From positions 36,850-100,849 of IMG/VR virus record IMGVR_UViG_3300045001_000016: DNA of 64,000 bases; one strand, written 5' to 3'. The stretch is from a virus (lineage: Duplodnaviria > Caudoviricetes). Positions 27,761-39,487 of the stretch are shown in pieces. Position 1 is the stretch's first letter, and the number at the start of each line of letters is the position of its first letter. The notes beneath the pieces are model-generated. The model worked only from the letters and a program-made list of their open reading frames with translations, was not told where the DNA came from and made no database searches. The position numbers and the translations under genes were made by a program.

Positions 27761-29597
27761 TGGGTATTTCCATAATCGTGGTCGCCGCCTCAAGATGAGG
27801 ACGTGCGGGGCGATCGGTCAAGAGGTGCAGGGGAGACGAGTCCAACGTCTCGATGCACAACTCCGCTACCGAGGCAGCGGTAGGGGACGCGGTCCCTTAC
27901 CCGGCGTGATGGCTAGAGTTGGTCGCAACTGGGCAGGTCGCGTGCGCGCCAGACGCGCGTCGCTAGTGTGAGGTTGCGGTGCGCGAGCAAGCGGGTGCGG
28001 CTGGTGTGATCGGCGTCGCGCGTGTGCGGGCGCGCGGGACGTGTACCGTCGTGGGTGCGCGCCCAGCGCTGCGCTAGGTCGGCAGCACTGAGGGGGTCAG
28101 CGTCCTGGATGTGCGGCATGGGCGGGCAAGGGGGCAGGGTCTACATAAGAGAAAAGCCGCCAACTCCTCGTGCAGGATAGACGTCTCCTGCGGAGTGGCG
28201 GCGGTGTTCTTTGCCGGGTGCCGGTGGGCGAACACAGTGGGGGTGCTCGGCCCTGTACCTTCATTATCCCATGATGGACCGCTCTTTGGCTATAGCCCTG
28301 CTGGGTGATAAGACTACCCAAGCCGGCATCTTGACAGGCCCCAGGGTCAATGTTGCTCCCAAATCAATCATGAGCGCGGCACGCAGATGTGTGCCTGGGC
28401 CGCCCCGAGACATAGCGACCGGCCGGAGGAGAGTCTGCGAGCGACACTGGTGGTTGGCCCGACGCCTGATGCGCCCGATTCTATGGTGTCATACCCATCG
28501 CATCGTGATGGTTGATAGAGGCGCGTCAGCGCCAAACGGACGCGTAGCGCAGGTGGTCGCTCCAGATGCGTGGACAGCAGTGGGCTGTCCCGTCCCAGAA
28601 GAGGTGTGCGTCTAGAGCGTTGGGGCGTCTAGGGCTTTCCAAATCTATGATCCCCATCATCCACACACATTGGCTAGGGGACGGTCGTCCCTCCCCCCAG
28701 CCCTGCCCCAAGGAATACCCTGCCCATACCCCTCCGGCCCTGCCCACCTCATGGAACGTGATGCATGGGTACCGGAGGATACGCCGATGCATGGGGAGTG
28801 CACTGGCGACAATGCACCTACTCTCAGGCTGCGCTCTCGTGCCCTGCTCCCGCACTGTGCGTGTTTGAGAGCATCGCATCGCCATGGCGTCTATCGCCCG
28901 CGGCCAGCTGCGCCGGCCGGCGCATGCCGCGCGCCATAAGGATACGCACACGTCACACGCGCGTAGCACACTGCACTATCGTCACACACTGGATAAGCCG
29001 TACAGTAAATATCTTCCGCGCCCGGCTAGATCGTCCGAAGAATATCGTCACTGTACGGCTTATAGTTGTAGGTGTGATCGGCAAGCGCCGACACGAGCGA
29101 AACGGAGCCCAAGGGGCGATGCAAGCTACCAGCCCGACGTAACGGAGGTCAATCTATCGCATGATCTAAGCGGCGCGCATGGCGCGTACACACCACCTCG
29201 GCCGAGCTAGCACAAGGGCTAGCTAGAGTTATCATCCCACAACAGGGATGCGCATGCATGTTGCCTTGCAGCGACATGAGACTGAAAAGTGCGCACTCGG
29301 GATGCGGTCTGAGCGTTCAGTAGGATATCGGATGACTTGCAGAATTGCAGGGGTAGGCAGTAGTAACGTGCTGCCTGTAAGCGCCGCTTGCACCTGTGGG
29401 GGTATCCGTAAACAGCGTGGAAAGGGTAGCTGCGCACACCTAAACGTAAGAGGATACGGGCGGTGGTCAACAAGCCTTGAGCAGGCGGCGCGGCCGGCAT
29501 AACAAGCCTTAGACGTATCCCCTGCCATTCAATCGCGCTTCTCTCTCCACACGGTACGAACAGCCAATAAGCACACACGAGAAACGGAGAACCAACC

Positions 29598-30350
29598 GTG
29601 GGTAACATCGTCAACATTACCACGCAATTCCTGTCCGATCTGCACGACGTGATCGCTAACCCGCGCGCCGCACAAGCCATGGAACAGGTCCGCAAGGGTA
29701 ACTTGCCCTATCTTAACCGCGTCGTCGGCACGCTCAAGAATCCGTACCATCGCTATGTGGACGATCGGTTGTGCGATGAGGCGAGCTTGCGCGCGCAATT
29801 CCTAGAAGTTGATGCGGCGTTCTGCGAATCGCAAGGGCTTGACGACGAGGCGCGCAAGAAGTTGCAACTCTTGGCGCGCATGATCGCAACGGCCCTGGGT
29901 GAAACGGATCCGACATTCAAGGTCGATTCGCATGAGCTGGCCGCCCTGCGCAGCACCTACGATGCGGCAATGACGGCGGCGGCCAAGAGGCGCAGTGACC
30001 TGGCCGCCTTCGGACTGCAGGGGTACTACGCGGCACGCAAGCGCACCAAGGGTATGTCCACGCTCCACTTCTATACGGCCCTGCGCCGCGCCGCGATCAA
30101 GGGTAACTCTGAAGATGTGGCCACGGCCACCGAGTGCGCCGCACAGGCCAAGACTCATTTTGACGCGGCCTACGCGCAAGCGGCCAACTTGATCCGGGCC
30201 TTGACGGCCGACGACCTATCCGAGATTGACAACGCGTATGAGACGCTGCGCGCGGCCGAACAGTCCGCCGAACAGTCCGCCGAACAGTCCACGGATACGG
30301 CCACGGATACGGCCACGGATACGGCCACGGCCGAACAGCCGGCCGCCTAA
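29598..30350 (+). CDS. Hypothetical helical protein, first gene of the plus-strand arm, with C-terminal SAEQ/TATD repeats
   Basis: ORF track; CACACAC+GGAG leader; 12-bp tandem repeats near the 3' end. Confidence 0.75.
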   Translation: MGNIVNITTQFLSDLHDVIANPRAAQAMEQVRKGNLPYLNRVVGTLKNPYHRYVDDRLCDEASLRAQFLEVDAAFCESQGLDDEARKKLQLLARMIATALGETDPTFKVDSHELAALRSTYDAAMTAAAKRRSDLAAFGLQGYYAARKRTKGMSTLHFYTALRRAAIKGNSEDVATATECAAQAKTHFDAAYAQAANLIRALTADDLSEIDNAYETLRAAEQSAEQSAEQSTDTATDTATDTATAEQPAA

Positions 30351-30790
30351 TCAATCGACGAGCCTGGCCGGCACTGGGTGACTGGTGCCGGCCGCCACAG
30401 GGGGATGCGACTATGGCAGCAAAACGCCCGGCGCGCCATGTCAGGCGTGCTGACTGGCTAGCTAATGAGCAGTACGACAGGATCATGCGCAAGGCGCACG
30501 CCTACGCGCGCGTGTCCGATATGAAATGGGTTAACAGCAAGGGTGAAACCTTGCGTGATAGTGCCGAAACGATGAGGTATGAGCGATGAATCTTCTGTAT
30601 GATCGCGCGTATGTCGCCCAAGCCTATAAGCATGCACTGGCTTCGAGGGATGCGGCCTATGCGGGTCAACGTGACCAGGCGTATCATATCTATTGCCACC
30701 TGGCTAAAGAGTTGTACGCACTGCTAGAGTTGATCGATAGGGATAACGCCGACAATGGCTAAACTTTAGTTCAACAGCTGCGATCTATCG

Positions 30791-30832
30791 CCCGGCCAGG
30801 CCGCATCAAGCGGCCTGCGCCGGGCTTTGTTG
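30791..30832 (+). terminator. Probable intrinsic terminator
   Basis: GC stem CCCGGC-CAGGCCGC/GCGGCCTG-C-GCCGGG followed by CTTTGTT. Confidence 0.55.
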
Positions 30833-31050
30833 TGCCCAGCGGCCGCATCGCGCGCCCTGCGCGCCATCGGCACCTGGGCGGTGCCGTTTTGGGGTGGTTT
30901 TTGAAAGCCTCCTTTGAGAGCGTTTTTTGTTTTTCGCTGGAGCCTTTTTATAGGCGCTCGGTGGCTATCGCGGCTATAGGCGGCTTGTTTGAACGGGGAT
31001 GGTCACCATGCCACCCTCCCTGCAGCGTTTAGACGGAGGTTTTTTGTCCT

Positions 31051-32058
31051 ATGGCAAAACGGCCGGCACCCGAGATACGGCGTCATCACTGGCAGGTCGA
31101 GCGGCGTTTTGACGACGAATTGAGCAGGCTACAGCTCGCGCCTGGGCGCAACCCGTATGCGCAGGTGCGTTCGCATGACTGGGCCGACGTGCGCGCGGCC
31201 ATGGGCGCGCCCGCACGTGACGAAGCGGATTCGGTGACCCAGGACCGCGACGCGCGCGGCTTCGGTATCGACGCGCGCCAAAAGCCGAAGCCCGCACTCC
31301 TGAGCGCCGCGCAGGTCAGGGCGGCGGCGTTTCGCTACGGGCAAACGCTGCGCCGCGAGCGCGGCCACCCACAGCCGTACCCGGAGGCGCAGGCGCGCGC
31401 TCTGGCCAGCATCTACTGGGAGGCGTTTCGGCGCAGGGTGCGCCTGACGCGGGTACAACCCGATCACCAGGCGGCCTACCTGGCCGGCTGCTATGAGGGC
31501 CTGCGCGCCGACCTGGTGGCGGATCGGCCCGTGCTGCTCGGGCCGCACCATCCCTACCTGGACTGGACGCCCGAGGAACGGGCGCGCTTCAGCGAGCAGT
31601 ATCATCAGCGCCAGGATGCGGCCCTGGCGCACCAGGTTGAACCCGAGCAGCGGGAGCCGGCGGGTCGTGAGCCGCTCTGTCCGGGCAACCCGAGCCGGCC
31701 CGATGCAACCTCGGCCGACATCGAGCGCTGGTGGCAGCAGGAGTACCTGCCCCGGCACCAGGAAAGTGCGCCTGCGGTGCCCGGGCCCGAGCCGCACGAG
31801 CCCCAGACCAGGGCGCAGTGGGCCGCGGCGGTGCGCCTGGGCCTGAAAACGCCGCGCGAGTTTGAGGCGTGGCTAGATCAGCAGCCCCGACCGATGCCGG
31901 CCCCCCGTCCGCAACCGGCCGCGCCCGCAGATGCACCTGCGCCCAGGACAGCGCATGTTGTGACAGCGCCCATGACGGCGCGGCGCTATCGCATCGGGGA
32001 GGACGGCCACAACGCCACGGTGCTCAAGCTAGCCGCGATGAAGCTGCGCCAGGGCTAA
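31051..32058 (+). CDS. Hypothetical protein
   Basis: 335 aa; GGAGG SD. Confidence 0.7.
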   Translation: MAKRPAPEIRRHHWQVERRFDDELSRLQLAPGRNPYAQVRSHDWADVRAAMGAPARDEADSVTQDRDARGFGIDARQKPKPALLSAAQVRAAAFRYGQTLRRERGHPQPYPEAQARALASIYWEAFRRRVRLTRVQPDHQAAYLAGCYEGLRADLVADRPVLLGPHHPYLDWTPEERARFSEQYHQRQDAALAHQVEPEQREPAGREPLCPGNPSRPDATSADIERWWQQEYLPRHQESAPAVPGPEPHEPQTRAQWAAAVRLGLKTPREFEAWLDQQPRPMPAPRPQPAAPADAPAPRTAHVVTAPMTARRYRIGEDGHNATVLKLAAMKLRQG

Positions 32059-32218
32059 CCCATCCCTCATCAGCCCTATGGCTGCGACCCACCGCGACGG
32101 CGCTAGATCGAATCTGGCCGCAGCCGCCCCTGTACGCACCTGCGTACAGCCGAAGAATCCCGCTGCCGCTCCGGGTAAAGAGCGGCATTCGTTTGCCCTT
32201 GAAAGGAGGGCCATCCAG

Positions 32219-35200
32219 ATGTTCCGCGCTATCCGTTTCCGCATCGCCTGGGACGCCACGAGCGCCATCAACCTGCACGCCCCGCGCGGCCACTACGGGG
32301 CCATGGCCGCGCTCACCCTCATCATCTACCTGTGCGGGTTTCGCATCGTGCGCGATGCGGAAGCGCCCTGCCTCGCCTTTATGTTCGACGACCGCTAGCC
32401 AGGAGAAGGAGGATCATCATGACCACGACCCGCACGCGCTACTTTGTCGCCAGGCGCACCGGCCTGGGCTTGCCCAGCTGGCGCATCTGGGATACCGCTA
32501 CCCAGAGCTACGTCCAGAACCCGGTGACGCTGCAGGACCGCGTTTACGCCGACGAAGGCAGCGCCCGCGCCCAGATGGGCCTGCTGGAGATGAAGCACCG
32601 CTATGGCTGGGATTTTGAGCCGCGCTAGTAGCCCGCCATCCGCACAGCCCGACAAGTTAGCCATCACACAGCTCACAGTCAGCCATCCATCACCATACAA
32701 GGAGAGTACGACCATGATCCGCGATTGCATCCTTCCCGCCACCATCAGCGCTCTAGAGGGCCGTGTTGCGCGCGCCGAAGAGCGCTGCCGGCGCGCCCAT
32801 GCGCGCCTGTGCGCCAACCCCCAGAACGCGGCCGTGCGTCGGGCCTACCAGGACGCCGCGAGCGACCTGTACGCGGCCGAGATGGACCTGGCATTGATGA
32901 CCATCAGCGAGGTGGCCTGATGGGTGCCACGCTAAAAGACGTGCGCCGCAGCATGACGACCGTCATCTGTGGCCAGCGCATTGCCGCCGCGATCCTGGGC
33001 AAAGCGGTCGTGCTCTACGTGGATGACCATCCCCAGGCCGCGCTGCCCATCCCCATGGGCGTTGACCCGGAGCGCTTCCGTTCCTACGTCTTCGCCGCGC
33101 ACTGCCAGCAGGTGCGCGACGCGCAGCAGTATCTTAATGCCTATCACCGCAAAGGAGCCTTTTAGCCATGTATCCCCAGAACAACGTGCTGCGCCGACCC
33201 GCCCAGTTTACGCGCGAGGAGATGCTCGCCCTGCTCGCCCAGCGCGAGCGCTTCAAGGACACGCGCGACCTACTCACCGAGGCCGAGGTCGCGCACCTGC
33301 GCTTCGTGTGCTACCTCTACGAGACTGGGCGCATTGACCACTAGATGCACACACGAGGAGGGAGACCATCCATGTCAGCATCGACCACCAGAACGATACG
33401 CGCCGATCGCCTGCGCGTGGGCCTACGCTTTCGCCTGCCCGATGACCCCGTAACGGTGTACGAATGCCACGCTAGGCAGGCATTCCCCAACGGCCGGGTC
33501 ATCATCGATATCGGCACGGGTCCATGGGAGTTCATTGACATCCCGCGCGACTGGGCCATCACCATCGTACCCACACACAGCTAAAGGAGGGGACCATCCA
33601 GCCATGCGCCACGTCTACATCACCATCGACGACATCGACTGGCACGGCGTGCTCTGCCCCTGCGGCCTGTGCAACCACGCCGGCAAAAGCTACGGCGCGG
33701 CCATCTACGCAGCCGGGCGCCGTCGCGTGCTCATCGAGCGCCTCTATGCGCGCACCGAGCAGAGCGCCGAGGACCAGGCGCACGCCTACGCCCAGGAGCA
33801 GGGCTGGTATGTCGTCGGATCGCCAGCACGATAACAGGAGGTGTGCTAGCCGACAATTGGAAGACTTTTTTGCGCGCCAAAAACAGCCCGCTTGTGCAGC
33901 CACCGGAAAGGAGATGCCATCATGTCCGCACGCTACGTCAGGAAGAGTTGGTTCGATGCCGAGAGAAGCCTGCTCAACCCACCCATCAATCCGCGCTACG
34001 AGATCAGCACCATTGGCCCCTGGGATGATTTCGTGCGCGTCCCGGAAACGGTGATCTTTAGCGAACCCGAGGGCGCAACCCTGTGGCGGGCCACGCACGG
34101 GTATGACCTCGATGAGGCACATGAGGAGATCTGCCGCCGCTTTATGGCCGGCGAGATCGACCTCGGACCCACCGAGAGCGGATACCCGAGCGTCCACCTC
34201 GATAGATAGCCGTGCGCGCGCCTCGTTGCACACGCTATTGCACACCTCGGCGGCTTTCCGCCGTGAACAGAAAGCCGCCGGTCCATTGCCGTCCACCCCT
34301 GTAAGAAGGAGAGCAGCAACGATGTACTGTACCCGAAATTTCAGGACCAAGAAAGACCTTAAAGCGGCCGTTGCCGCAGGCGAGCGCGTCACCGTCTTCC
34401 AGCCCGGACCTTTCGGCGGCAACGAGCCGCGTGAGGGGACGGTCTTTCTTGAAGGGCCGCATTTTCCGGCCAGCCATTCATGGTACGCGCAAGCAACCCT
34501 GCGTGATGGCGTGGTCATCGCTGTTAAGTAGCACACACGCGAAAGGAGAGCCGACCCATGTACGATCCCCGCTTCCCCCTATCGACCGACGGCGGCATCG
34601 ACTGGAGCGATGGCAGCCTCAATGTCGATCACCAGACCGGCATCCACTACGGCGTCATCCCCGCCGCAGATGTTGGCCAGGTCTGGTGGGATAACGTGGA
34701 GCCTGTCTACGGCCCGCCAACGTGCCCGCGCTGCGGCAGCGAGAACCTGGTGCCCTACGACCTGACGGCGGGGCGCGAGTCGTTACGACCCGAGGAGGAC
34801 AACATGCGCTGCCGTCGCTGCGGCATCATCAGCCTTCAGGAGTGCTGCGCGCCCGAGGACCCCATCGCCTGGGTCTTCCAGGGCGAGCAGTATGTATTGC
34901 ACCAGTCCCAGGGCAGCCCGGACATATTTGTCCTCAGGAGTCCGTACCTCACGTTCGGACGCTATTGCAGCCCGTGCGCACCAGGTGCTGTCTACTTGAA
35001 GGACTACCATCGCTTCGGTGCGCCCGCATTCTGCCTTGACCCAAGCTGGTTTGATGGCGGCGTCGCGCCCTACGGCGTCTGGCGTATCGACGACCACACG
35101 CTCGTGCAGCCCGCACCCACAGGAGAGGAGGACTAACCATGCCCGCGTTCGATAGCACCTACACCGTCCATGACAAAGACGAAAACGGGACACAGCTCAC

Positions 35201-35561
35201 CTTCGACATCTTCTACAGCCGCGCGGATGCAGAAGCGTTCATCGCCAAGCGCCAGGCCGACATCGCGCGCTGCGGCTATCAGGCCGTCGTGATCGCCCAT
35301 CCCTATCCCGTGCGCTATATCATCACCGACCTTCGTGCCGTCGCGGAGGGCTACCTGGGCTTCGGTGCACGCCCGGTCCGGGTCGAGGCCATGCCGCACC
35401 CAGGAGCAGGCAACTGGGTCATCCTGAGTGTGCCCGCAGAGCATACCGCATGGCAAGCCATGCGCCTGCAATCCGGGTTACACGGGGCGAGTGTGCATGA
35501 CACGCTCGATGACGCGCAAGCCTTCATCGCGCGGTGGCAACAGCAAGCCAACAGCCACTAG
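32219..35561 (+). other. Cluster of ~12 short early-type hypothetical genes (e.g. 32219-32398, 32419-32628, 32714-32920, 32920-33165, 33168-33344, 33372-33584, 33604-33834, 34322-34531, 34558-35136, 35139-35561)
   Basis: Most have a strong AAGGAG/GGAGG SD and they tile the plus strand. Confidence 0.7.
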
Positions 35562-35627
35562 CCAGCCCGACACAGCCCACCCCCCTCGTTCACAGCCCTC
35601 CCGTCCACACACAGGAGGAGTCCACGC

Positions 35628-36290
35628 ATGTCCGCATCGCTGCCCGTCATGACGGTTGACCTCGCGCGCCAGATCACCGGCGGTCTATCCAAGACCTCAA
35701 AGATGGATCATGGCGTCTATAGCTTTGGCCTGCCCACGCACGCCTGCCAGACGGGAAGCCGTCTCGCCCAGGTCAAGGGATCAACCTGCCGTATCTGTTA
35801 CGCAAAACGGGGTCGTTACCCGACTGCGGGCGTGCAGCGTGCCTTGGAGCGCCGCCTTGCGCGCCTGGACCATCCCCGCTGGGTGGAGGCCATGACCTTC
35901 CAGGTGCGCGCCTTCTCGCCCGAATGGATGCGCTGGTTTGATAGCGGGGATATCAGGGACATGGCCATGCTGGAGCGCATCATTGAGGTGTGCCGGCGTA
36001 CCCCCCAGACCAAACACTGGTTGCCAACCCAGGAGCGCCACCTCATCATGCAATACATGCGAGCGGGAGGGGAGATACCAGACAACCTGTGCGTCAGGAT
36101 CAGCGCGCCCATGATCGGCGGCGTCGTGCCCACGTACCGGCAACTGCCCATGGTCACGGCCTCGATTGTGGTGCGTTCGCCGAGGTCCGACGTGTTCATG
36201 TGCCCGGCCCGCCAGCAAAACAACCGCTGTGGAGCCTGCAGGTCCTGCTGGTCGCGTGACGTGCGCGTCGTGGCCTATCAGGCCCACTAG
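35628..36290 (+). CDS. Phage Gp88-like Cys-rich protein (possible Fe-S or radical-SAM-related)
   Basis: 'C.TGS.LA.V.GS.C..CYA', 'RWFDSGD', 'HWLPT.E', 'NL.VR.S', 'CPA..Q.N.CG.CR.CW'. Confidence 0.75.
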   Translation: MSASLPVMTVDLARQITGGLSKTSKMDHGVYSFGLPTHACQTGSRLAQVKGSTCRICYAKRGRYPTAGVQRALERRLARLDHPRWVEAMTFQVRAFSPEWMRWFDSGDIRDMAMLERIIEVCRRTPQTKHWLPTQERHLIMQYMRAGGEIPDNLCVRISAPMIGGVVPTYRQLPMVTASIVVRSPRSDVFMCPARQQNNRCGACRSCWSRDVRVVAYQAH

Positions 36291-37522
36291 AACGAGAAAG
36301 GAGTTATCCCCCACCACGGCCACCTGTCCACCTAAAACAGCCCGTTATCCCCATCACACACACGAAAACGGAGCAACCCCATGCCAAGAACCATTCGCAA
36401 CTTCTGGGTACGCACGCGCGTCGATGGCCGCGCCACCAGCGACGAAAGCGGTCCGCCCTCCAAAGATGGCGGCTTTCGGACCACGATCTTCTACCGCTTT
36501 GACGGCGCGATCGCGCCTGTGCCCCTGGAGATCGAGGGGCACGTCCGCTCAGATGGACGCCTGGTGATCGAGGTGCGCGACGATGGACGCGTCGTGCACC
36601 GCATCGATAGCATCCGCTAGCACCCCATCACCCACAGCGTACACCACACACACCACACGCACGAAGGAGATAGACCCATGTCCTGGCTTGCCCTCTGCAT
36701 CTGGATGATCGTCGCCATCGTCGGCGCACACATGGCCGGCGGCAAAGGACGCCGCCGCCCGCTCTGGTTCGCCCTGTGCTTTTGCTTCGGGTTATGCGCG
36801 CTGTGCGTGCTGGCGTGCCTCTCGCCGGTGAGCGCGTAAGCAATGGCGAGCCACGTGTTGCCCGCGCACCGCTGGACGCGCCACGAGCGCAGGACCATCC
36901 TGCGCATCCACCGCCTCTACCGCACGGCGCCCGATGACCCGGTGGTCAAAGCCCTGATGGCCGGGGTTGAATTGGCGCGCGAGATGCGCCGGGGCACGAC
37001 CACGCGCGACCATGCGCGTGGCATCCTGGCCTGCGTCAGCCTACAGGCACAGACAGCCGGCTACTATCGGCTCGACTAGTCTCACTAGGGAGAAGAGCAT
37101 GCCCATGACGCAGACCTACTACGTCTTCCTGGTCTACGAGGAGGGCGCGCAGTACCAACTCTCGATCTTCGCCTACGATGCGCAGAGCGGCCTTGACTTC
37201 GACGCTGCCTTCCTTGATGCATGCCTGGACCTGCTGGAGCGCTATCCCGTCGAGGACACACCCCTGCACGGGACCACGTTCGCGACGTGCTTCGGCGGGT
37301 GCTGCGAGCGCTTCGAGGAAGGGCACGACGACGACATACTAGCCGGCTACGGCCTGCGACGCGCCACCCAGATGGCAGCGCTGCCCGGACCAGTGTTGGA
37401 GTGGTACGACGCGCCGCTGCCGCGCGACGAGAGGGGGTGATTGAGGCCAGGGACCACGAACGACGACCCATCACGAGAGCAGCCCACCATGCACACACAG
37501 CAGAGCAAGGAGAGCGTCATCC

Positions 37523-38818
37523 GTGTCCACGAAGAATAAACCCGACGGCGCCGCCGCAGTCGAGAACACCGCCCAGAACACACAGCAGAAGGAGCAGACC
37601 ATGACCGCCGAGACGATCCCGACCGAGACCGCCCAGACCGACGCCGCGCAGGAGGATCTCTTCCCCGCCCATGTGATGCGTCAGTACGCCGCGGCTCTGG
37701 CCCAGGAGGCTGAGGCCAGGGCCGCCGTGCAGAGCGCGCAGCAGGCGCTTGAGGAGCGCGACGCCGACCTGGCCCTGGCCCTGGAAGGAGACAGCGAGGA
37801 GGCCATCACGGCGGCGCAGGGCCAGAAGCACGCCGCCGAGGCGCTGCGCAAAGAGGCCCAGGCCGCGCTGGATGCGGCGGGCAAGGCGCTCGCGCGCTGG
37901 CGGCAGCCGGCGGCGTTCCTGAACCTGGCCGAGGCGCTGCGCGACTTTGCCTCCGACCTGGAGACGCAGGTGCGGGCGACGGAGGAGGCCGCCGGACTGA
38001 CCCCCGAGCAGCGCGAGGCGGCCATCAAGGAGGCGCAGCGACCCCTGCGCGCCCAGAAGCGTGCCCTGGAGCGCCAGGCGATAGACCTGGACCAGCAGAT
38101 GGCCGACCTGGAGGAGGCCGGTGAGGACGTGTCCGTCGAGCTGCAGGCCCGCTACACGACCCTGCGCAAGGGGATCGCCGACCTGGAGAAGGAGATCGCC
38201 GCCGTCCCGAGCCGCTTCCCCGAGGCCGGCGCTTCTCCCAGCTACCCCATCCCGCAGATGCCCGAGCGCCTGGCCAGGGCGCTCTCGGAGGTCGGTCTCT
38301 CCGGGGGACGGGCGGCCCGGACCTCTGGTGGTGCCCCCTCAGGCGCGACCAAGGGGACCAGATCGCCGGGACAGCGCGTCTCTGCCGGTGACGGACGCCT
38401 AGGCAGCCCGTTCAAGAACGGCGGATCGGGCGGTCAGAAGGCGTCCCCGCTCAACAAGGTCATCTACGCCCTGGACCATCACCAAGGCAAGAACCCAAGC
38501 GAGTACGCCGACTGCGGCCCGGTGATCGACATCCCCAACCCGAGTGGCAAGGGCAAGGCCATCATCCGTGGTCTAGCCCACCCCGAGAACCTGACCCCCG
38601 CACGCCACCCCGGCGCCTTCGGGTACCGCCTCATCGATCCGACGGGGCAGAGCGACTGCCTGCGCGACGCCGAGGGCAACGTCGTCTACTTCGTGCACGA
38701 CGGCGTAGACATCAGCCAGGTCCCCGACCTCTCGCCCGCGATGCGTGAGGAGGCGTACCGCTTGCAGCAGCAGTATGCCGGCACCACCTCGCGCGATGAG
38801 ACTGCGGCGTCAGTCTAG
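37523..38818 (+). CDS. Coiled-coil hypothetical protein
   Basis: 431 aa, Ala/Glu/Gln heptads; CA+AAGGAG leader. Confidence 0.75.
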   Translation: MSTKNKPDGAAAVENTAQNTQQKEQTMTAETIPTETAQTDAAQEDLFPAHVMRQYAAALAQEAEARAAVQSAQQALEERDADLALALEGDSEEAITAAQGQKHAAEALRKEAQAALDAAGKALARWRQPAAFLNLAEALRDFASDLETQVRATEEAAGLTPEQREAAIKEAQRPLRAQKRALERQAIDLDQQMADLEEAGEDVSVELQARYTTLRKGIADLEKEIAAVPSRFPEAGASPSYPIPQMPERLARALSEVGLSGGRAARTSGGAPSGATKGTRSPGQRVSAGDGRLGSPFKNGGSGGQKASPLNKVIYALDHHQGKNPSEYADCGPVIDIPNPSGKGKAIIRGLAHPENLTPARHPGAFGYRLIDPTGQSDCLRDAEGNVVYFVHDGVDISQVPDLSPAMREEAYRLQQQYAGTTSRDETAASV

Positions 38819-38839
38819 CATCTCTGTTTAATTGAGTGA

Positions 38840-38879
38840 GTTGGCGGTGCGCGCATTTTTAGGCGCGCGCACCGCCAAC
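38840..38879. terminator. 15-bp inverted-repeat stem-loop
   Basis: GTTGGCGGTGCGCGC/GCGCGCACCGCCAAC. Confidence 0.55.
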
Positions 38880-38902
38880 CATGCACAGACAGGAGATCAT
38901 AG

Positions 38903-39487
38903 ATGGGATACTCGACCAGCTTCTCAGGGGAATGGACCATCACGCCGCCGCTCGAAGCGCGGCACGCCCAGTACCTACGCGCCTTTAACGAGACGCGGCG
39001 CATGACGCGCAACGCCGTGCTCACCGCCCAGATGCCCGACGGCCTGCGCGAACGCGCCATGCTCCCGGTCGGCGAGGAGGGCGGCTACTATGTTGGCGCC
39101 CGCGGTCCCTTTGGCCAGGACCTGACCCCGGACATTCTCGACTATAACCGTCCACCCGCAGGGCAGCCGGGCCTGTGGTGTCAGTGGACACCGAACGAGG
39201 ACGGCACGGCCCTGGTCTGGGACGAGGGCGAGAAGTTCTACTTCTACGTCGAGTGGCTCACGTACCTGATCGGCCACTTCCTTGAGCCCTGGGGCTACCG
39301 CCTGAACGGGGAGGTGCGCTGGCAGGGAGAGGACTCCGACGACCGCGGCGTGATCTACGTCCGAGACAACCAGGTCGCCGCCGCCCTGGACAGAATCACC
39401 AATGAGCCGCCGTGGTCAGGCGATCACGAGATCGCTGCTGACCATGCATCGCGCACGAAGGGAGAGAGGAGCCATGGTGCTGATTGA
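38903..39487 (+). CDS. Conserved-looking hypothetical phage protein
   Basis: 'MGYST.F.G...PGLWCQW...W..GEKFY.Y.EWL.YLI.HFL.PWGY.LNG'. Confidence 0.75.
   Translation: MGYSTSFSGEWTITPPLEARHAQYLRAFNETRRMTRNAVLTAQMPDGLRERAMLPVGEEGGYYVGARGPFGQDLTPDILDYNRPPAGQPGLWCQWTPNEDGTALVWDEGEKFYFYVEWLTYLIGHFLEPWGYRLNGEVRWQGEDSDDRGVIYVRDNQVAAALDRITNEPPWSGDHEIAADHASRTKGERSHGAD

Noticed and set aside
30254-30340. Possible CRISPR or iteron array
   Set aside because: These are 12-bp in-frame coding tandem repeats (SAEQ, TATD) without spacers. No repeat-spacer array was seen anywhere in the window.
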